A stretch of 63,737 nt of DNA, counting the filler, from Octopus bimaculoides (taxonomy: Eukaryota): NCBI RefSeq assembly GCF_001194135.2. It is 7 parts of 7 records of this genome, joined end to end, with 100 filler letters (N's around TTAATTAATTAA, not from the genome) between each part and the next. Parts side by side here need not be neighbours in the genome. Positions count along the whole stretch, not along the records: positions 25,383 to 37,675 come from NC_068981.1; positions 37,776 to 54,601 come from NC_068999.1; 5 more parts are not named here. One strand, written 5' to 3'. Numbering within the stretch: the stretch's first letter is position 1; each line of letters opens with the position of its first letter. The position numbers were made by a program, and so were the translations under genes. Below the pieces are notes generated by a model. It saw nothing but the letters and a program-made list of their open reading frames with translations, had not been told where the DNA came from and ran no database searches. Below, in pieces: positions 26,048 through 40,530 of the stretch.

Positions 26048-26915
26048 CATTATTATTATTATTCCGCCGAGGTCAGCTTTGCCTATCATCCTTTCGGGGT
26101 CGATGAAATAAGTGCCTATAATAGAAAGGATTGTTATTATTATTATTGTAATGAGATCTATGATGTACGTCTATGTGCATGTGTATGTGTATGAGAATAT
26201 ATGCTCATGTGCGTTTGAGTGTTTGAGAAATAGTTGTGGCTGATTTATGTGCAGAGTATCTTCAGAAGACAGACTTATCCAAAATGCCAAAACTCATTCA
26301 TTTCAGAACGTGAATTTATTTCATTAACAGTTTTCATTCTTGCAAACCTTCACTACTTTCCACTCTCTTCATCTTTTTCTTTCAAAGTGTTGTCAAAAAA
26401 TAAGCAATTCCCATGTCTGTAGATCAGTTAATATTCTTCAAGCATTAAATGACCGCTGCTAGTACAGCCTTTGCTATCTGTGCTAAATAAGTATATTATG
26501 TCTTGGAAAACAGTAATATACCCTGTAAAGTATTCACAGGAATTAAGCATCAAACAATACTCCGAGTTCTTGACATCATAAGAATTTATAAACTTTTCAG
26601 GAGAATGTGACAATTATTTTTTAGAATTGGTTCTCGAAGCACATAAATGCTTTAAATAACACTATGTAAATATTGGGTTGGAAAGCCATTCTGTATAGAG
26701 AAAGTCAAGTGCTGCCCGTGGAACACGAACGCATGTCTATAGGAGTTGTGGGTTCGTGTCCATAAATAACCTTCGAATTTTTGTACTCCAAAAGCTTTTA
26801 CAATTTAATATATACATGACATTATTTGTTACGCTTATGTGTTTCGAGAATCAATTCCAAAACCAATAATTATTCCTAGTGTTTCAAAATTGATCCATTG
26901 TGATATTGGTTGCAA

Positions 26916-27123
26916 ATTTTGGAACAAAATCAGCAATTTCGGTATTGGGGGATAAATCAATTACATCGGCCTCAGTGCTCAACTGGTACTTATTTTATCG
27001 ATTCCGATACGATGAAAAGCAAAGTCACTCTCAGCGGAATTTGAACACAGTACGTAAAGACGAATGAAATACTACTAATACTTTTTACCCGACGCGCTAA
27101 CAATTCTTTATGTTTGCGCGCCT
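26916..27123 (-). mobile_element. SINE family A
   Basis: Reverse-complement family motifs. Confidence 0.75.
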
Positions 27124-28530
27124 TGATCCATTGTGATCACAAAATCACTCAATCATAGCATGCATTGATACATCTCAGTTCATCTCCAGTCTTGTGGTTG
27201 GCATTTGAGTAGAGGTGATTCCACAACATGCAGTGCATAACTTAATATTAATGTTCTTTAACTTCTTAACTCAATGAAATACGTTATATTAAAAAAACAC
27301 ATCAGCTACTCAGTTTTTCGATATCTTAATAATATGTAAAAAAAAACCCAAAAAAAAACCCAGAAATAAACTCACGCAGTATATACTATCAGGTTCCAGT
27401 TTGGATTTCATAAGTTCGAGTCATCCTAACGTAAAATAATTCCGGTGGGACGAAACGTGATCTTGAGTATTTCTGTCTTGACATTCTGTATTGCTGCAAT
27501 CTACTGCTAAACATGTTAGTCTACTGGCTGAACCGAAGCTATCAGTATCCTGCTGAGAAAATGACTCATTAGTTCCACTAACTGGAGAATTACATTTTCA
27601 GTTTAAGTTTATACAGATATACATGCATACTTTCAGCTGCTCATGCATATAGACGAACATATCACACACACACACATACACACACAAACACGTATACACG
27701 CAAATACATATTATAGACAACTACACTCACTAGCACACATATACATATACATGCATACATTCAGATATATAAATACGTGTGCATACGTGTGCACGTATAA
27801 AGTTCTCTACTAAAAGTTCTGAGAGAAGACATTTGACACTTACTTGTGATATGTTCTACAGATTTATAGTAAGTAGAAGACCAAACTGCAATATGCGAAG
27901 ACCTGAGGAAATAAATTGATATTATGGAAGGTGTGGCCATAAAATATAGCGATCCTGTCTGTTGGATTAGCAACAGTTTTCAAAATAATAAGAGCGTGAA
28001 TATATGTTTATATGCCCAGCAGTCAAATTAAAGAATTTTCAAAGTTGCAGAAATAGAAATGTATATAAATTATCTGAGTATTTACGATTCATGATTTAAA
28101 ATCTCTTATATAATAATGTTAGTTGAAATTTTAATTCGACTGATATTATATAAGAAATTAAATTCCATTAAGATGACAACAATCCCCTCCAGGTGAATAT
28201 TATGGAAAACATTTTATTTGACCAAGCAATCAAACAAACCTCTTTATACCACTTCTGCTTTTAGCCTCCAGGCAATTACGGCTTCCAGTTAAAAAAAAAG
28301 GAAATGAATTTCAGTGAAAGGTATTCGGTAAAATAGATCTGTTCTCCCTTGTACATGTATTGTCGCGTGTACAATTCTGTCATAAAACACGTTCCTCCAC
28401 CATATATATATATAAACTTACTTGGAAATGGATACGTCGCGTTCAATTAAATAACAAATAATAAATAAATAAATAGNNNNNNNNNNNNNNNNNNNNNNNN
28501 NNNNNNNNNNNNNNNNNNNNNNNNNNNNNN

Positions 28531-28567
<37 letters not shown>

Positions 28568-29306
28568 ATGTATCTATACATATGCACATACATACATATA
28601 CACATACATATATGGGTACAGGACATCACCAACGGTGCAAATACCATGAAATACGTAAGCTACAAGAAAAATTGGGAAAACAGGAAAAATAAACACAGAA
28701 AAAGGAACCTTCATCAGTTGTCGGCTGTCTATCTACTCCTCATTTTGAGCAGTCAACGACAATATGAGACTTCAACGACAGTTGCTACCCTGAATTCTAA
28801 AAGAAAATTTGGGATTTATGGAGGGTCAAAGTTGGGAACAAACACATGACAGTAGAGACATACAAGGAAAGCGAATCAAAATAAACATGGAGGGTTGTTA
28901 TACCAGAACGACAGGAAAATAGTGAACGGTGTGAGAGGCATTTTTTTTAAAACAGAAAAGATAGAATAGTGAGAAAAACACATCCGTTCTTTTGAACGTC
29001 CATGCTGGAAAAGAAAGATGGCAACATGAAGAAACAAAAGTTGGACGATGGTCACGTGTGAGCAACGAGAGAGAGAAAGAGAAAAGAGAATGAGGAGAGA
29101 GGGAGAAAGAGAGAAAGGGTTGAGAGAGAGAGAAAAAGAGAAAGGGTTGAGAGAGCGAGAGAGAGAGAGAGAGCGAGAGAAAAAGAGAGAGAGAAAGAGA
29201 AAGAGGTGAGAGAGAGACAGATAGAAAACGGTGAAGGAGAAAAGGGAATTAGTGAAGGATGGAGGAAGAAAACAGTATAGAGTAGAGAGTCGCATCAAAA
29301 AGTTCA

Positions 29307-30277
29307 AGAAGTACTGTCTCGAAAATAATGACAGCCTTTGAAAAAGAGGGAAAAAAACTCCTCGTTGAAACAAAACTCCGGAAGAAAACCAAAACATTCA
29401 TATAGGGGCCATCGGACTCTTACGCGAATTGTTAGAAAGGATCACAAAACTACAGCTCCCAAAATTACTGCAAAGCTTAATGACCACCCCGAGAATCCAG
29501 TTTCCGCAAAAACTGTTCGCCGGGAGCTGCGCAAAACCGGATTTCACGAGAGGGCTCCAATCAGAAAACCACTACTTCAAAAACAAACGTTGCAAAGCGT
29601 TTAGAGTGAAGTAATTGATCCCTAGAGCAGTGGAAGGATGTTATTTTCTCGGATGAGTCATCCTTTACCTTATTTCCGACACCGGCCGAGTATATGTGTG
29701 GAGACAGCCAAAAGAAGCATTTGATCCAGACTGCCCTCTTCTAACTGTTAAACATGGAGGAAGATCTATGATGATCTGGGGGGAGGACTATATCTTTGAA
29801 ATTCGCCAACCCAATAGTTTCCCTTCATGGCAGAATTAATAGTGAAGACTATTTAAGCATTTTATCTGATTAAATTCATCCTATGGTTGCGGAACTGTTT
29901 CCGGTGGGAACCGCAATCTTTGAGGATGATAATGCACCAATTCACACAGTTAACCGAATGGCACGAGGAACATTCTAGTTTAGTTGAACATCTTATCTGG
30001 CCACCACAGTCCCCAAATCTCAATAGTATTGAACAGTTGTGGTGCACTTTAGAAAAACAAGTAAGGAGTTGATATCCTCCACCATTATCACAACAAGAAC
30101 TGGAGACTGCTTTAGCTGAAGAATGGACAAAAATTCCTTTGGAAACAATTCAAACTTTGTTCGAGTCCATAACTCATAGAATTCAAGCTGTAATTACTGC
30201 CAAAGGTGGTCCTACCCCATATTAAAATAAGTGTGTTTGAAATTTTAAGGTGTCTCCATTATTTTGTCCAACTCCTG
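29307..30277 (+). mobile_element. Tc1-like (DD34E-type) transposon, 5'-truncated, frameshifted, right TIR intact
   Basis: STVSKIMTAFEKEG, KQNSGRKPK...VSAKTVRRELRK, FSDES (Asp at 29652), VKHGG, AIFEDDNAPIH, WPPQSPNLNSIEQLW, GGPTPY* (stop 30223-30225). The terminal GGTGTCTCCATTATTTTGTCCAACTCCTG abuts a gap. Confidence 0.9.
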
Positions 30278-31112
30278 NNNNNNNNNNNNNNNNNNNNNNN
30301 NNNNNNNNNNNNNNNNNNNNNNNNNNNNNNNNNNNNNNNNNNNNNNNNNNNNNNNNNNNNNNNNNNNNNNNNNNNNNNNNNNNNNNNNNNNNNNNNNNNN
30401 NNNNNNNNNNNNNNNNNNNNNNNNNNNNNNNNNNNNNNNNNNNNNNNNNNNNNNNNNNNNNNNNNNNNNNNNNNNNNNNNNNNNNNNNNNNNNNNNNNNN
30501 NNNNNNNNNNNNNNNNNNNNNNNNNNNNNNNNNNNNNNNNNNNNNNNNNNNNNNNNNNNNNNNNNNNNNNNNNNNNNNNNNNNNNNNNNNNNNNNNNNNN
30601 NNNNNNNNNNNNNNNNNNNNNNNNNNNNNNNNNNNNNNNNNNNNNNNNNNNNNNNNNNNNNNNNNNNNNNNNNNNNNNNNNNNNNNNNNNNNNNNNNNNN
30701 NNNNNNNNNNNNNNNNNNNNNNNNNNNNNNNNNNNNNNNNNNNNNNNNNNNNNNNNNNNNNNNNNNNNNNNNNNNNNNNNNNNNNNNNNNNNNNNNNNNN
30801 NNNNNNNNNNNNNNNNNNNNNNNNNNNNNNNNNNNNNNNNNNNNNNNNNNNTATACGAGACGCCAGATGTAAACAAGCAATGACATCGAAGATGAAAAAT
30901 GGGTATTGGGGGTATATGCCATCTAAACGTATGTATGTATGAATGCATATGTGCAGATTTATATGCTCTGTGTTATGTATGTATTCTCATGCATATAGTT
31001 GTATATCTAGACATGCTCATATATATTTAAATGATAAGATTCTGGAAAGTTTTACACATTTTTACAGTTACAATGATATACGTGTAGCGGCGTACGAACA
31101 CCTTTCTTCACC

Positions 31113-31146
<34 letters not shown>

Positions 31147-31275
31147 CATATATATATACATATGTATATATATATGTATATATCATACTATCTTTTAAGA
31201 CAGCAAAACTTCCCTCAATACACACAAGAGAGAAAAAAGCCAGGTCAGTTCCTCCTCAACTTTTCGCGATTATCA

Positions 31276-31387
31276 AAGAATATGTATATGTATTTTTCCA
31301 TATATGGATTTTCATACTTACACTGTTTTAAAGAATATGTATATGTATTTTTCCATATATGTATTTTCATACTTACACTGTTTTAAA
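31276..31387 (+). repeat. 55-bp AT-rich minisatellite, two units visible before a gap
   Basis: Units start at 31276 and 31331. Confidence 0.8.
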
Positions 31388-33269
31388 NNNNNNNNNNNNN
31401 NNNNNNNNNNNNNNNNNNNNNNNNNNNNNNNNNNNNNNNNNNNNNNNNNNNNNNNNNNNNNNNNNNNNNNNNNNNNNNNNNNNNNNNNNNNNNNNNNNNN
31501 NNNNNNNNNNNNNNNNNNNNNNNNNNNNNNNNNNNNNNNNNNNNNNNNNNNNNNNNNNNNNNNNNNNNNNNNNNNNNNNNNNNNNNNNNNNNNNNNNNNN
31601 NNNNNNNNNNNNNNNNNNNNNNNNNNNNNNNNNNNNNNNNNNNNNNNNNNNNNNNNNNNNNNNNNNNNNNNNNNNNNNNNNNNNNNNNNNNNNNNNNNNN
31701 NNNNNNNNNNNNNNNNNNNNNNNNNNNNNNNNNNNNNNNNNNNNNNNNNNNNNNNNNNNNNNNNNNNNNNNNNNNNNNNNNNNNNNNNNNNNNNNNNNNN
31801 NNNNNNNNNNNNNNNNNNNNNNNNNNNNNNNNNNNNNNNNNNNNNNNNNNNNNNNNNNNNNNNNNNNNNNNNNNNNNNNNNNNNNNNNNNNNNNNNNNNN
31901 NNNNNNNNNNNNNNNNNNNNATATATATATATATATATATATAATCATCCTGGTACATGTGTGTGCGTCCGTATGTGTGTGAATGCGTGTGTGCACGCGC
32001 GCGTGTTTATGTATGTATGTATCCATGTTTACGAATTAGTAGTAATTATTCATTAACAAAATTCTGTTCTGTCATTTAAATCAATACTCTAGACATCCAC
32101 ATGCGTCGTAAAGTAGAGATGGAAGTTGTAATTATGTACGAGTGAAAAGCAGACAAGGTATCAGAAGGTCTGTTTAATATTTTAGACGATTAATCTAACT
32201 GTTTAGTCTTGCTTTAACACGTCATGATAGACGACACCGTTCATATCCTGCCTACCACAGAGCATAACGTTTTTTCGGGTGTTGTCCTGGTTTGGGAAAG
32301 AATTCTCACTTTTCATTGGGTGCTAACTATTGACATTTTCGTTCGATATGACTATAGAGAAACAACTTCCAATTACTTTTAGTGATTCTATCCAGAAAAC
32401 CTTCGGTAGCAAAACTACTCTCAATGACGAGTAGAAGACACCGATCTCGTTAAACTGATAACATGACGACAACCCACTCACCATGTGTAGAGACATCTAC
32501 CTCATGAAGGTATTTTAAGATGGAAGTGTGACTTGAAGTGATACCTGTGCAGTCTGTATTTCATTTTCCTTAACTTCGATATTGTTAAACAGTATACAAT
32601 GCTATCTGCAAAAGAGAGTGTTCTGGGCTAAATAGAAAGAATACATCTACTGCAATGTGTATGTATGTATATATATATATATNNNNNNNNNNNNNNNNNN
32701 NNNNNNNNNNNNNNNNNNNNNNNNNNNNNNNNNNNNNNNNNNNNNNNNNNNNNNNNNNNNNNNNNNNNNNNNNNNNNNNNNNNNNNNNNNNNNNNNNNNN
32801 NNNNNNNNNNNNNNNNNNNNNNNNNNNNNNNNNNNNNNNNNNNNNNNNNNNNNNNNNNNNNNNNNNNNNNNNNNNNNNNNNNNNNNNNNNNNNNNNNNNN
32901 NNNNNNNNNNNNNNNNNNNNNNNNNNNNNNNNNNNNNNNNNNNNNNNNNNNNNNNNNNNNNNNNNNNNNNNNNNNNNNNNNNNNNNNNNNNNNNNNNNNN
33001 NNNNNNNNNNNNNNNNNNNNNNNNNNNNNNNNNNNNNNNNNNNNNNNNNNNNNNNNNNNNNNNNNNNNNNNNNNNNNNNNNNNNNNNNNNNNNNNNNNNN
33101 NNNNNNNNNNNNNNNNNNNNNNNNNNNNNNNNNNNNNNNNNNNNNNNNNNNNNNNNNNNNNNNNNNNNNNNNNNNNNNNNNNNNNNNNNNNNNNNNNNNN
33201 NNNNNNNNNNNNNNNNNNNNNNNNNNNNNNNNNNNNNNNNNNNNNNNNNNNNNNNNATATATATATGTG

Positions 33270-33300
<31 letters not shown>

Positions 33301-36086
33301 ATGTATATATATATATGTGTGTGTGTATGTGTGTGTGTGCGTGCGTGTGCGTCTGTGCGTGTGTGTATGCATGTCTGTGTGTACTTACATCCATACTTTT
33401 GTTTTAAAGTATAATCTTAGTATATACGTGTATCATATGATACAATCCACACTGATGTTGATCAGGAACACGTATTCAGACACTCATACACACTGATTAA
33501 TTTGGAATTTTGATTAAATATACGATAGTGTCTTCATTTTTGAGTATCGAATATTTTAATATGTCACATGCTTATTTCATTTCTGTTTTCGCGCGCGTAA
33601 AATGTGTATTTGTGTGTTGTGTGTGTGTGTGAGTGCGAGTAAGAGTGTTACTATATGTGCGTAGTGAACGTGGGAACTAGGAAATCTACTCTCTCCCCAT
33701 CCTGACAATTTCTTTGTAACATTTCAAATTTGGCATGATTTTATACTGGTAAATGACTATAGATATGACAGCCATGAGCTTAAAGGTCATTCGCTGTTAT
33801 ACACTTCATGTATTTTCGGTTCAGTCCCCCCTTCCTCAAATTTATATATGCATGTGTATATACATGAGTGTGTGTGTTTATGTGTGTGTGTGTATGTATG
33901 TGTTTGCGTATATGTGTGTATGTGTGTGTGATTGTGTATGTGTGTGTGTAAAACAGCAGGAATGAAATGTTTTAGCTAAAATACTTCAATTGAAACAATT
34001 GGAATGTCCAAGGCAATTAGACAGCTATTTCAATATAAAATTTATTCTGAGTAGACATAAAGGTCTTAAACGTTTAGAGAATTTGAAATAGGAAGTGTGG
34101 TGCTCGTGTATTTCCCGAGATTTTTACTGACAAAAATGGTTTCATCCATAACTTGAAACCTCATAAATGGCCTCATGGCCTTATATTATTTATTTTCGGC
34201 ATCGGTGCAAACAACAACTTGCGGCAAAATTAGGCATAGTGTATTAAATAAAACGCATTACTTTTACTGCTATATATTTCAAAATTAAAGTCCATTGAAA
34301 TTAAAAATCAGAAAGCTTACACTCGTAACAAAATGCCACATGGCGTGTTATCAGATTCTGCTGTCCAACACTTTTTGATTTTTTTATCTTACATGGATTT
34401 CTAAGGGGAATATAGTACACGATAGCTGGGTTGGGATGCAATATAGACCTAATACTCCATCAATACTTTATATCATCAACTCCGGAAAAAGGACGAAGTC
34501 AATCAAGGCAGAACGTAAATGGAAGTAAACACATTAAGTTATTGTCCCTTTATCTAAATTTTGTGCCATCCAATCTACCACTTGATTTTCACTTTTTCAT
34601 ATTCATTATGATATCTTACATTGTTCAGTTTAGAAATCGAAAATGGGACGAATTAATTATTAGCTCTAATGAAATCATTTAACAATGATAGCTAATGCCA
34701 AATTATATTTGTGGATGGTGTCTCTAAATAATTCTGCTTTCGTAAGTCATCAATGTGCGAACCTATGTATCATTTACTATTATTTCGAAAACCACGTTCA
34801 TGGTATGCCTTCCTGATAAAATCAAAATACTGCTGAGACATTTTTCCTGTATGTAGCAGCGCATTGAGAGGAAATTGGTTCAACTGCGGAACAAAATTCC
34901 TCGCTGTATTTGTTTTGATATTCTGCATTTAATTCTGAATTCATTTCTCAGCGGACCCAATTTGTCTTTTAACTTTTCGGCGTCAATGAAATAAAATACG
35001 TTTCCAAGACATATAATTGGCGGAATTGTAAGAGAGTATCGAATAAGACGCCTTTCAGAAACTGTTCTGATTCTTTGTTATAAAATTTGCAAGTGTTAGG
35101 TATAATCAGTCGCGTGGTTTAATACCATCGCCTCGTTCGTGGTGGCTTTAGTGGAGTTCGATCTTTTGCAAATTTTGTGATAAAGACTTTAGCCTGAAGT
35201 TAACTTTCACTTCGTCTCCTACCTGCCTTAGACGCTCAGAAAAATATAAGATAACGGGTGCTTCCCTTTCCTCTTTCAGTAGCGGTTAGAATATAATAAA
35301 ATATATGAAGCCATTGGTTAATATTGTTTTTTTCCTTACGACGTAATTATTTCTAGTTAATCATGTTAGTGCTCCTGTCATTAAATATGTTAATATGAAT
35401 TTCATTATATCTGTATTATATATAACGCAACTGTGTGGATATTTAAATGTTGGCTAGATAGTGTCTTTAGCTAATAAGAAAACATATTTCAAAGAAGCCT
35501 TAAATGTGAAGCTGATACAATTAAAGAGGATGGAACAAGGAAGGAAAACAACAATGCCTATTATTTCAATATACGTTTTATGAAATATATGTAGCGTTTT
35601 ATTTTTTCGATATGAGTTTTCTAATTAAAATCATTGATCTAAATTTTATTTGAAACAGAAGACATTTTGATAACTGTAAGAATACTTACAAAACCAGTAA
35701 ATATATATATGATATCTGAAATGTAATTTTCCTTTTCGACAGCTACAAATAAAACAGATAAACAAATATGCTTATATTAAATACAATATAGGAGGTTAAA
35801 AATATATGTTTGGATATTATGTTATTATAATTTTTCAAATAATCTTGTTTAAATTACGTATCTAAAGCTAAGGAATAATGTATTTGATAAAACTCCTTTG
35901 TTGATTTAATAGATGAAACTACAAGAGATTGTTGTTTGTTAGACTTATACGTTATACCTATTTATGTAAGTAGTCAATTTTCTATGTATCTATCTCTCTC
36001 CTTATCAGCCTCTGTAAATATATACATCTTTCTATCTTTCTGTGTGTGTATATATTTACAAATATTATATAATATATATGTAATAC

Positions 36087-36127
<41 letters not shown>

Positions 36128-36589
36128 TTTACATATATATATTATCTTATTTAATTCAATAAACGAGTGCAAATGTGGGATGGTATAAGCAGGTGTAAGA
36201 TTTTCCTTCTCTTTCTCTTTCTCTCTCTCTCTGTTCTTCCATCACATATTTTTCTGTGTCTCTCTGTGTAATTTCTGTATACTTATTTCTTAAATTATGG
36301 GAGCTAGAGTGTATTATTTAATATAATATTCAAGTATTTTGTTGCTTAGCAAATGCACATGACATAAATTCAATATGCAATAAGAATATAGGTAGAGTTT
36401 GTAATAAGAATGTCAGAAATGATCATTTTTCTCAATATTTGGCAAGCACACCAGAAGTATTAAATACACACACACACACACAATCACACAGACACAGACA
36501 CACACACGCACGCAGACATATATGTATTTATATCTATACATACATAATCACACGCATATAATACATACATACATACATACATACATACA

Positions 36590-36621
<32 letters not shown>

Positions 36622-37463
36622 CATACATACGTACACGCATATATATCTGTGTTCTTCTGCGCATCTCCTTTTTTCCTTGATCATTAGCTAATGCATTTGT
36701 AGAAGAGTTGGATCACAGTGTACCAGAGAGAGGAAAAAAAGAAAAGAAAAAGGAATTACTATCATTGTATTGCAAAGAGTGGATTAGAATTTATATATGG
36801 GAGAAAATATTTATGAAAACTGCATGATTTATCTAAACAAATGTACGACGAACTAAAAAAAGAAGAAGAAACGAAAAGGAGACAGATGCATTCTTGAAAA
36901 TATACTTGAATTATTTATTTGTACATAGTGCGGCATTGAATAGTAAACAACAAGATGTTGTTGTGGACAATATGAGTTACAATCGGCTGATGAAGCTGAT
37001 CTACCAGCATCAGATCGATGCAACTTTGCCGTTTGTATTTCTAGCATATTGATTACCGTCACGATAGACACATTTTATGATGGTTTATTGCTCAAGTCTT
37101 ATCGGCCATCTTACTCTACTTTAACATTTGTAATTTAACGCTGATCTCTTAATCACTCCTAGAAGACTAAAGTTGTCCAGATTGTTGCTTGTATGTATAT
37201 TGAGAACTAGATGCTATAAAATATCTTGATATTCATTGACATTTAGATATATTTAGGAAGTTTATATATACTTTATCTTCAGCTACAATATTATCTTCTT
37301 TAACAGGTAATCGTGTGCATCTTATGGGGAAAATATAAATAACGGCAGGAGCAGCAGTAATATGGCCACGGTGAAAACAAATGATATTATGCAATATGTA
37401 TGTTAGTTTTGGTTCTGTATTTTGTTTAACTCAACTGAAGTTGCATGCCCCCATCTATCTTTT

Positions 37464-37543
37464 GGTCGATCCATCCACTGGTCGATCCATCCACTGGTCG
37501 ATCCATCCACTGGTCGATCCATCCACTGGTCGATCCATCCACT
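37464..37543 (+). repeat. 16-bp tandem repeat (GGTCGATCCATCCACT) x5 leading into (TATC)n
   Basis: Five exact units read directly. Confidence 0.95.
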
Positions 37544-37545
37544 GG

Positions 37546-37600
<55 letters not shown>

Positions 37601-37605
37601 GCCTG

Positions 37606-37675
<70 letters not shown>

Positions 37676-37775
37676 NNNNNNNNNNNNNNNNNNNNNNNNN
37701 NNNNNNNNNNNNNNNNNNNTTAATTAATTAANNNNNNNNNNNNNNNNNNNNNNNNNNNNNNNNNNNNNNNNNNNN
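37676..37775. other. Artificial scaffolding linker
   Basis: 44 N + TTAATTAATTAA + 44 N. Confidence 0.95.
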
Positions 37776-38017
37776 GTATATGTATATATATCATCATCAT
37801 CATCATATGCCCTTTTTTCCATGCTTGCATGGGCTTGAAAGAATTTGTTGAGGCAGATTTTACTATGACCAGATACCTTCCATATTGCCAACTCTGTCAC
37901 CTGTTTACTAGTAACCAGACATGTTTTCATGGAAGATTAAAATTGAAGGACACTGCTTGTACAGTGGTGACATTTGTTTGCAAGGAGTCTGTTACACACA
38001 TGCACACGTTCCACACA

Positions 38018-38066
<49 letters not shown>

Positions 38067-38704
38067 ACAAACACACGCACACGCACACACACACACACAC
38101 ACTACTCTACATCTCTGTATTTTGTGTCATGTATATTTTTTTAAATATTTGATATCATTTATCAAACATGATACAACATGTATAAATATGAACGGATGGA
38201 TGTGTATATGTGTGCACATGTATTTACACATATTTGTGGGTGGAAATGAAATAAAATCCCATTAACATCGACATTGTCTCCTTTGGGAGATAGTGGCCCA
38301 GATAATCTAACAGCCTACATTTATAACTCCTCTCAAAACAAATTCTTTGCCCACCAGGATATTAGCCTCTGCTGGCTCTGTATATAAATTAACCCCACCC
38401 TGACTGGTATTATTGCTGATGAGTTTGATAAACACTCTTATTCACAGTTCTTGTTTTGAACATATTTAGTGTTGTTTAATGTACTTTACACCACTTGTAT
38501 TTGATTGAGTAGATTGCACAGGAACAGTTAATGATGCTGAACTCTTAGAATGTTTTGCATGAGTGTACATATACACACACAGATAGAAAAAAACCCTTAA
38601 CCTATATGAAGACTGACATTGCCAGTTTTCTTATCTGCTGAAAGCTTCCTGGTGAGGATTACAGCAGTGGTCACTGCAAGGCATTGCACTGTCTGCTGTC
38701 TGCT

Positions 38705-38739
<35 letters not shown>

Positions 38740-39027
38740 TACACACAACTATGTATATATTGCTGTTGATTGTTTCCAATGTCTATTCTCATCGTCATGA
38801 TTTTAACATTGCACTTTTCCCGACTTGCATGGGTCTGACCAGTCATTGAAGCAGATTTTCTATGGTTGATGTTCTTCCTTTGCCATCCCTCACTTGTTTC
38901 CAGTTGAAGTAACATTTCTCCTTGGTTGGGCATGAATTTTTGGAAACGAATAACTCCGTTTGTATATTGGCACCACTTACACCTATTACGTAATGTCAGA
39001 ACAAGAAAACAGAAGCACATGCACATA

Positions 39028-39400
39028 TATCATCATCATCATCATCATCATCATCCTTTAATGTCCATTTTCCATGCTGCTATAGGTTGGATGGTTTTAC
39101 CAGAGTTGGAAAGCAGGAGAGCTGCACCAAGTTCCAGTCTGATTTGGTTTGGTTTCTACAGTTAGATGCCCTTTCAATATGCCAACCATTGTTACAGAGT
39201 GTGCAGGGTGCTTTTTATGTGGCACCAGCACAGGTGATTTTGTGTGGCACAGGAGCTGTTACATGTTGCTGGCTTAGGTGTTTTCTACGTGGCACCAGCA
39301 CAAGGCTGTTGCAAACCAATTCTCTTCAGCAGAGGTGCAGCATTAACACTTCTGCTGTGGAGGACGGATCTTCTTGAGTACAGCAAGGTGCCAGATATCT
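39028..39400 (-). mobile_element. RTE 3'-end copy / RTE-tailed element with (CAT)n tail; related partial copies at 37790-37990 and 38760-39010
   Basis: The plus strand shows (CAT)n-tttaatgtccattttccatgct...gatgccctttc...gccaacc, shared in degenerate form by the three loci. It runs directly into the RTE C-terminal DRDIW unit. Confidence 0.65.
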
Positions 39401-39975
39401 CGGTCCTTTGTCATCCCCTCAATTAGGTTCAGTGTCCTGAGATCATCCTTCAGTACTTTATCCCCAGATATCTCGGTCCTTTATCATCCCCTCTGTTAGG
39501 TTCAGTGTCCTGAGATCATCCTTCAGTACTTTATCCCCAGATATCTCGGTCCTTTATCATCCCCTCTGTTAGGTTCAGTGTCCTGAGATCATCCTTCAGT
39601 ACNNNNNNNNNNNNNNNNNNNNNNNNNNNNNNNNNNNNNNNNNNNNNNNNNNNNNNNNNNNNNNNNNNNNNNNNNNNNNNNNNNNNNNNNNNNNNNNNNN
39701 NNNNNNNNNNNNNNNNNNNNNNNNNNNNNNNNNNNNNNNNNNNNNNNNNNNNNNNNNNNNNNNNNNNNNNNNNNNNNNNNGCCAGATATCTCGGTCCTTT
39801 GTCATCCCCTCAATTAGGTTCAGTGTCCTGAGATCATCCTTCAGTACTTTATCCCCAGATATCTCAGTCCTTTGTCATCCCCTCTGTTAGGTTCAGTGTC
39901 CTGAGATCGTCCTTCAGTACTTTATCCCCAGATATCTCGGTCCTTTATCATCCCTTCCATAAGTTCCAGTGTCCT
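39394..39975 (-). repeat. 73-bp minisatellite derived from the RTE ORF C-terminus
   Basis: Units start at 39394, 39467 and 39540, then (after a gap) at 39785, 39858 and 39931. The minus strand resembles W-x-x-V-x-KDDLRTLNL-x-EGMTKDRDIW. Confidence 0.85.
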
Positions 39976-40366
39976 GATATGTATATTTATACACAACACA
40001 TTTCTCACAGTTTCCGTCTACTAAACCCACTCAGAAGCAAGCTTCTTAATCACATAGCCATGACTGTGTGGTATAGGTGTGGGTAGGGCTGCGTGGTAAG
40101 AAGCTTGCTTCCCAATTACATGGTTCCTTGTGTTTATAGTAAACAGACCTATTTGCTAACTGTGTAATTTATCATTCATTATATTTTTTAATCATATGGT
40201 TACCATATAATTACTTTATGAGTTTATATTTCATATTCTGTGATGTTCCATAAGTAATTGGCTATTTCAACAGAAGAATTTCTTATAAATATTGCATATA
40301 TAATAATATGGGAACATGGGTGGGTGAGTGTGTGGGAGAGTGGAAACATGAGAGGAGAGAGAGGGA

Positions 40367-40424
<58 letters not shown>

Positions 40425-40449
40425 NNNNNNNNNNNNNNNNNNNNNNNNN

Positions 40450-40530
<81 letters not shown>

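Noticed and set aside
26230-26650. Possible decayed transposase in unique-looking sequence
   Set aside because: No recognisable motif in any frame.
27440-27570. Minus-strand CLAVDCSN...VSSHR as a THAP zinc finger
   Set aside because: Lacks the FP, W and CSxHF elements; the frame stops early.
36987-37013. CTGATGA with a GCTG/CAGC stem as another hammerhead
   Set aside because: No GAAA or stem III follows.
38250-38387. SGPDNLTAYIYNSSQ...DISLCW as the missing N-terminal half of the FN3 domain
   Set aside because: Suggestive motif, but the frame is bounded by stops, the acceptor is non-canonical (GAG), and there is no phase-0 donor to join 42037.
37464-39975. CRISPR-like appearance of the 16-bp and 73-bp repeats
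   Set aside because: Units are contiguous with no unique spacers, there are no cas genes, and the context is eukaryotic.
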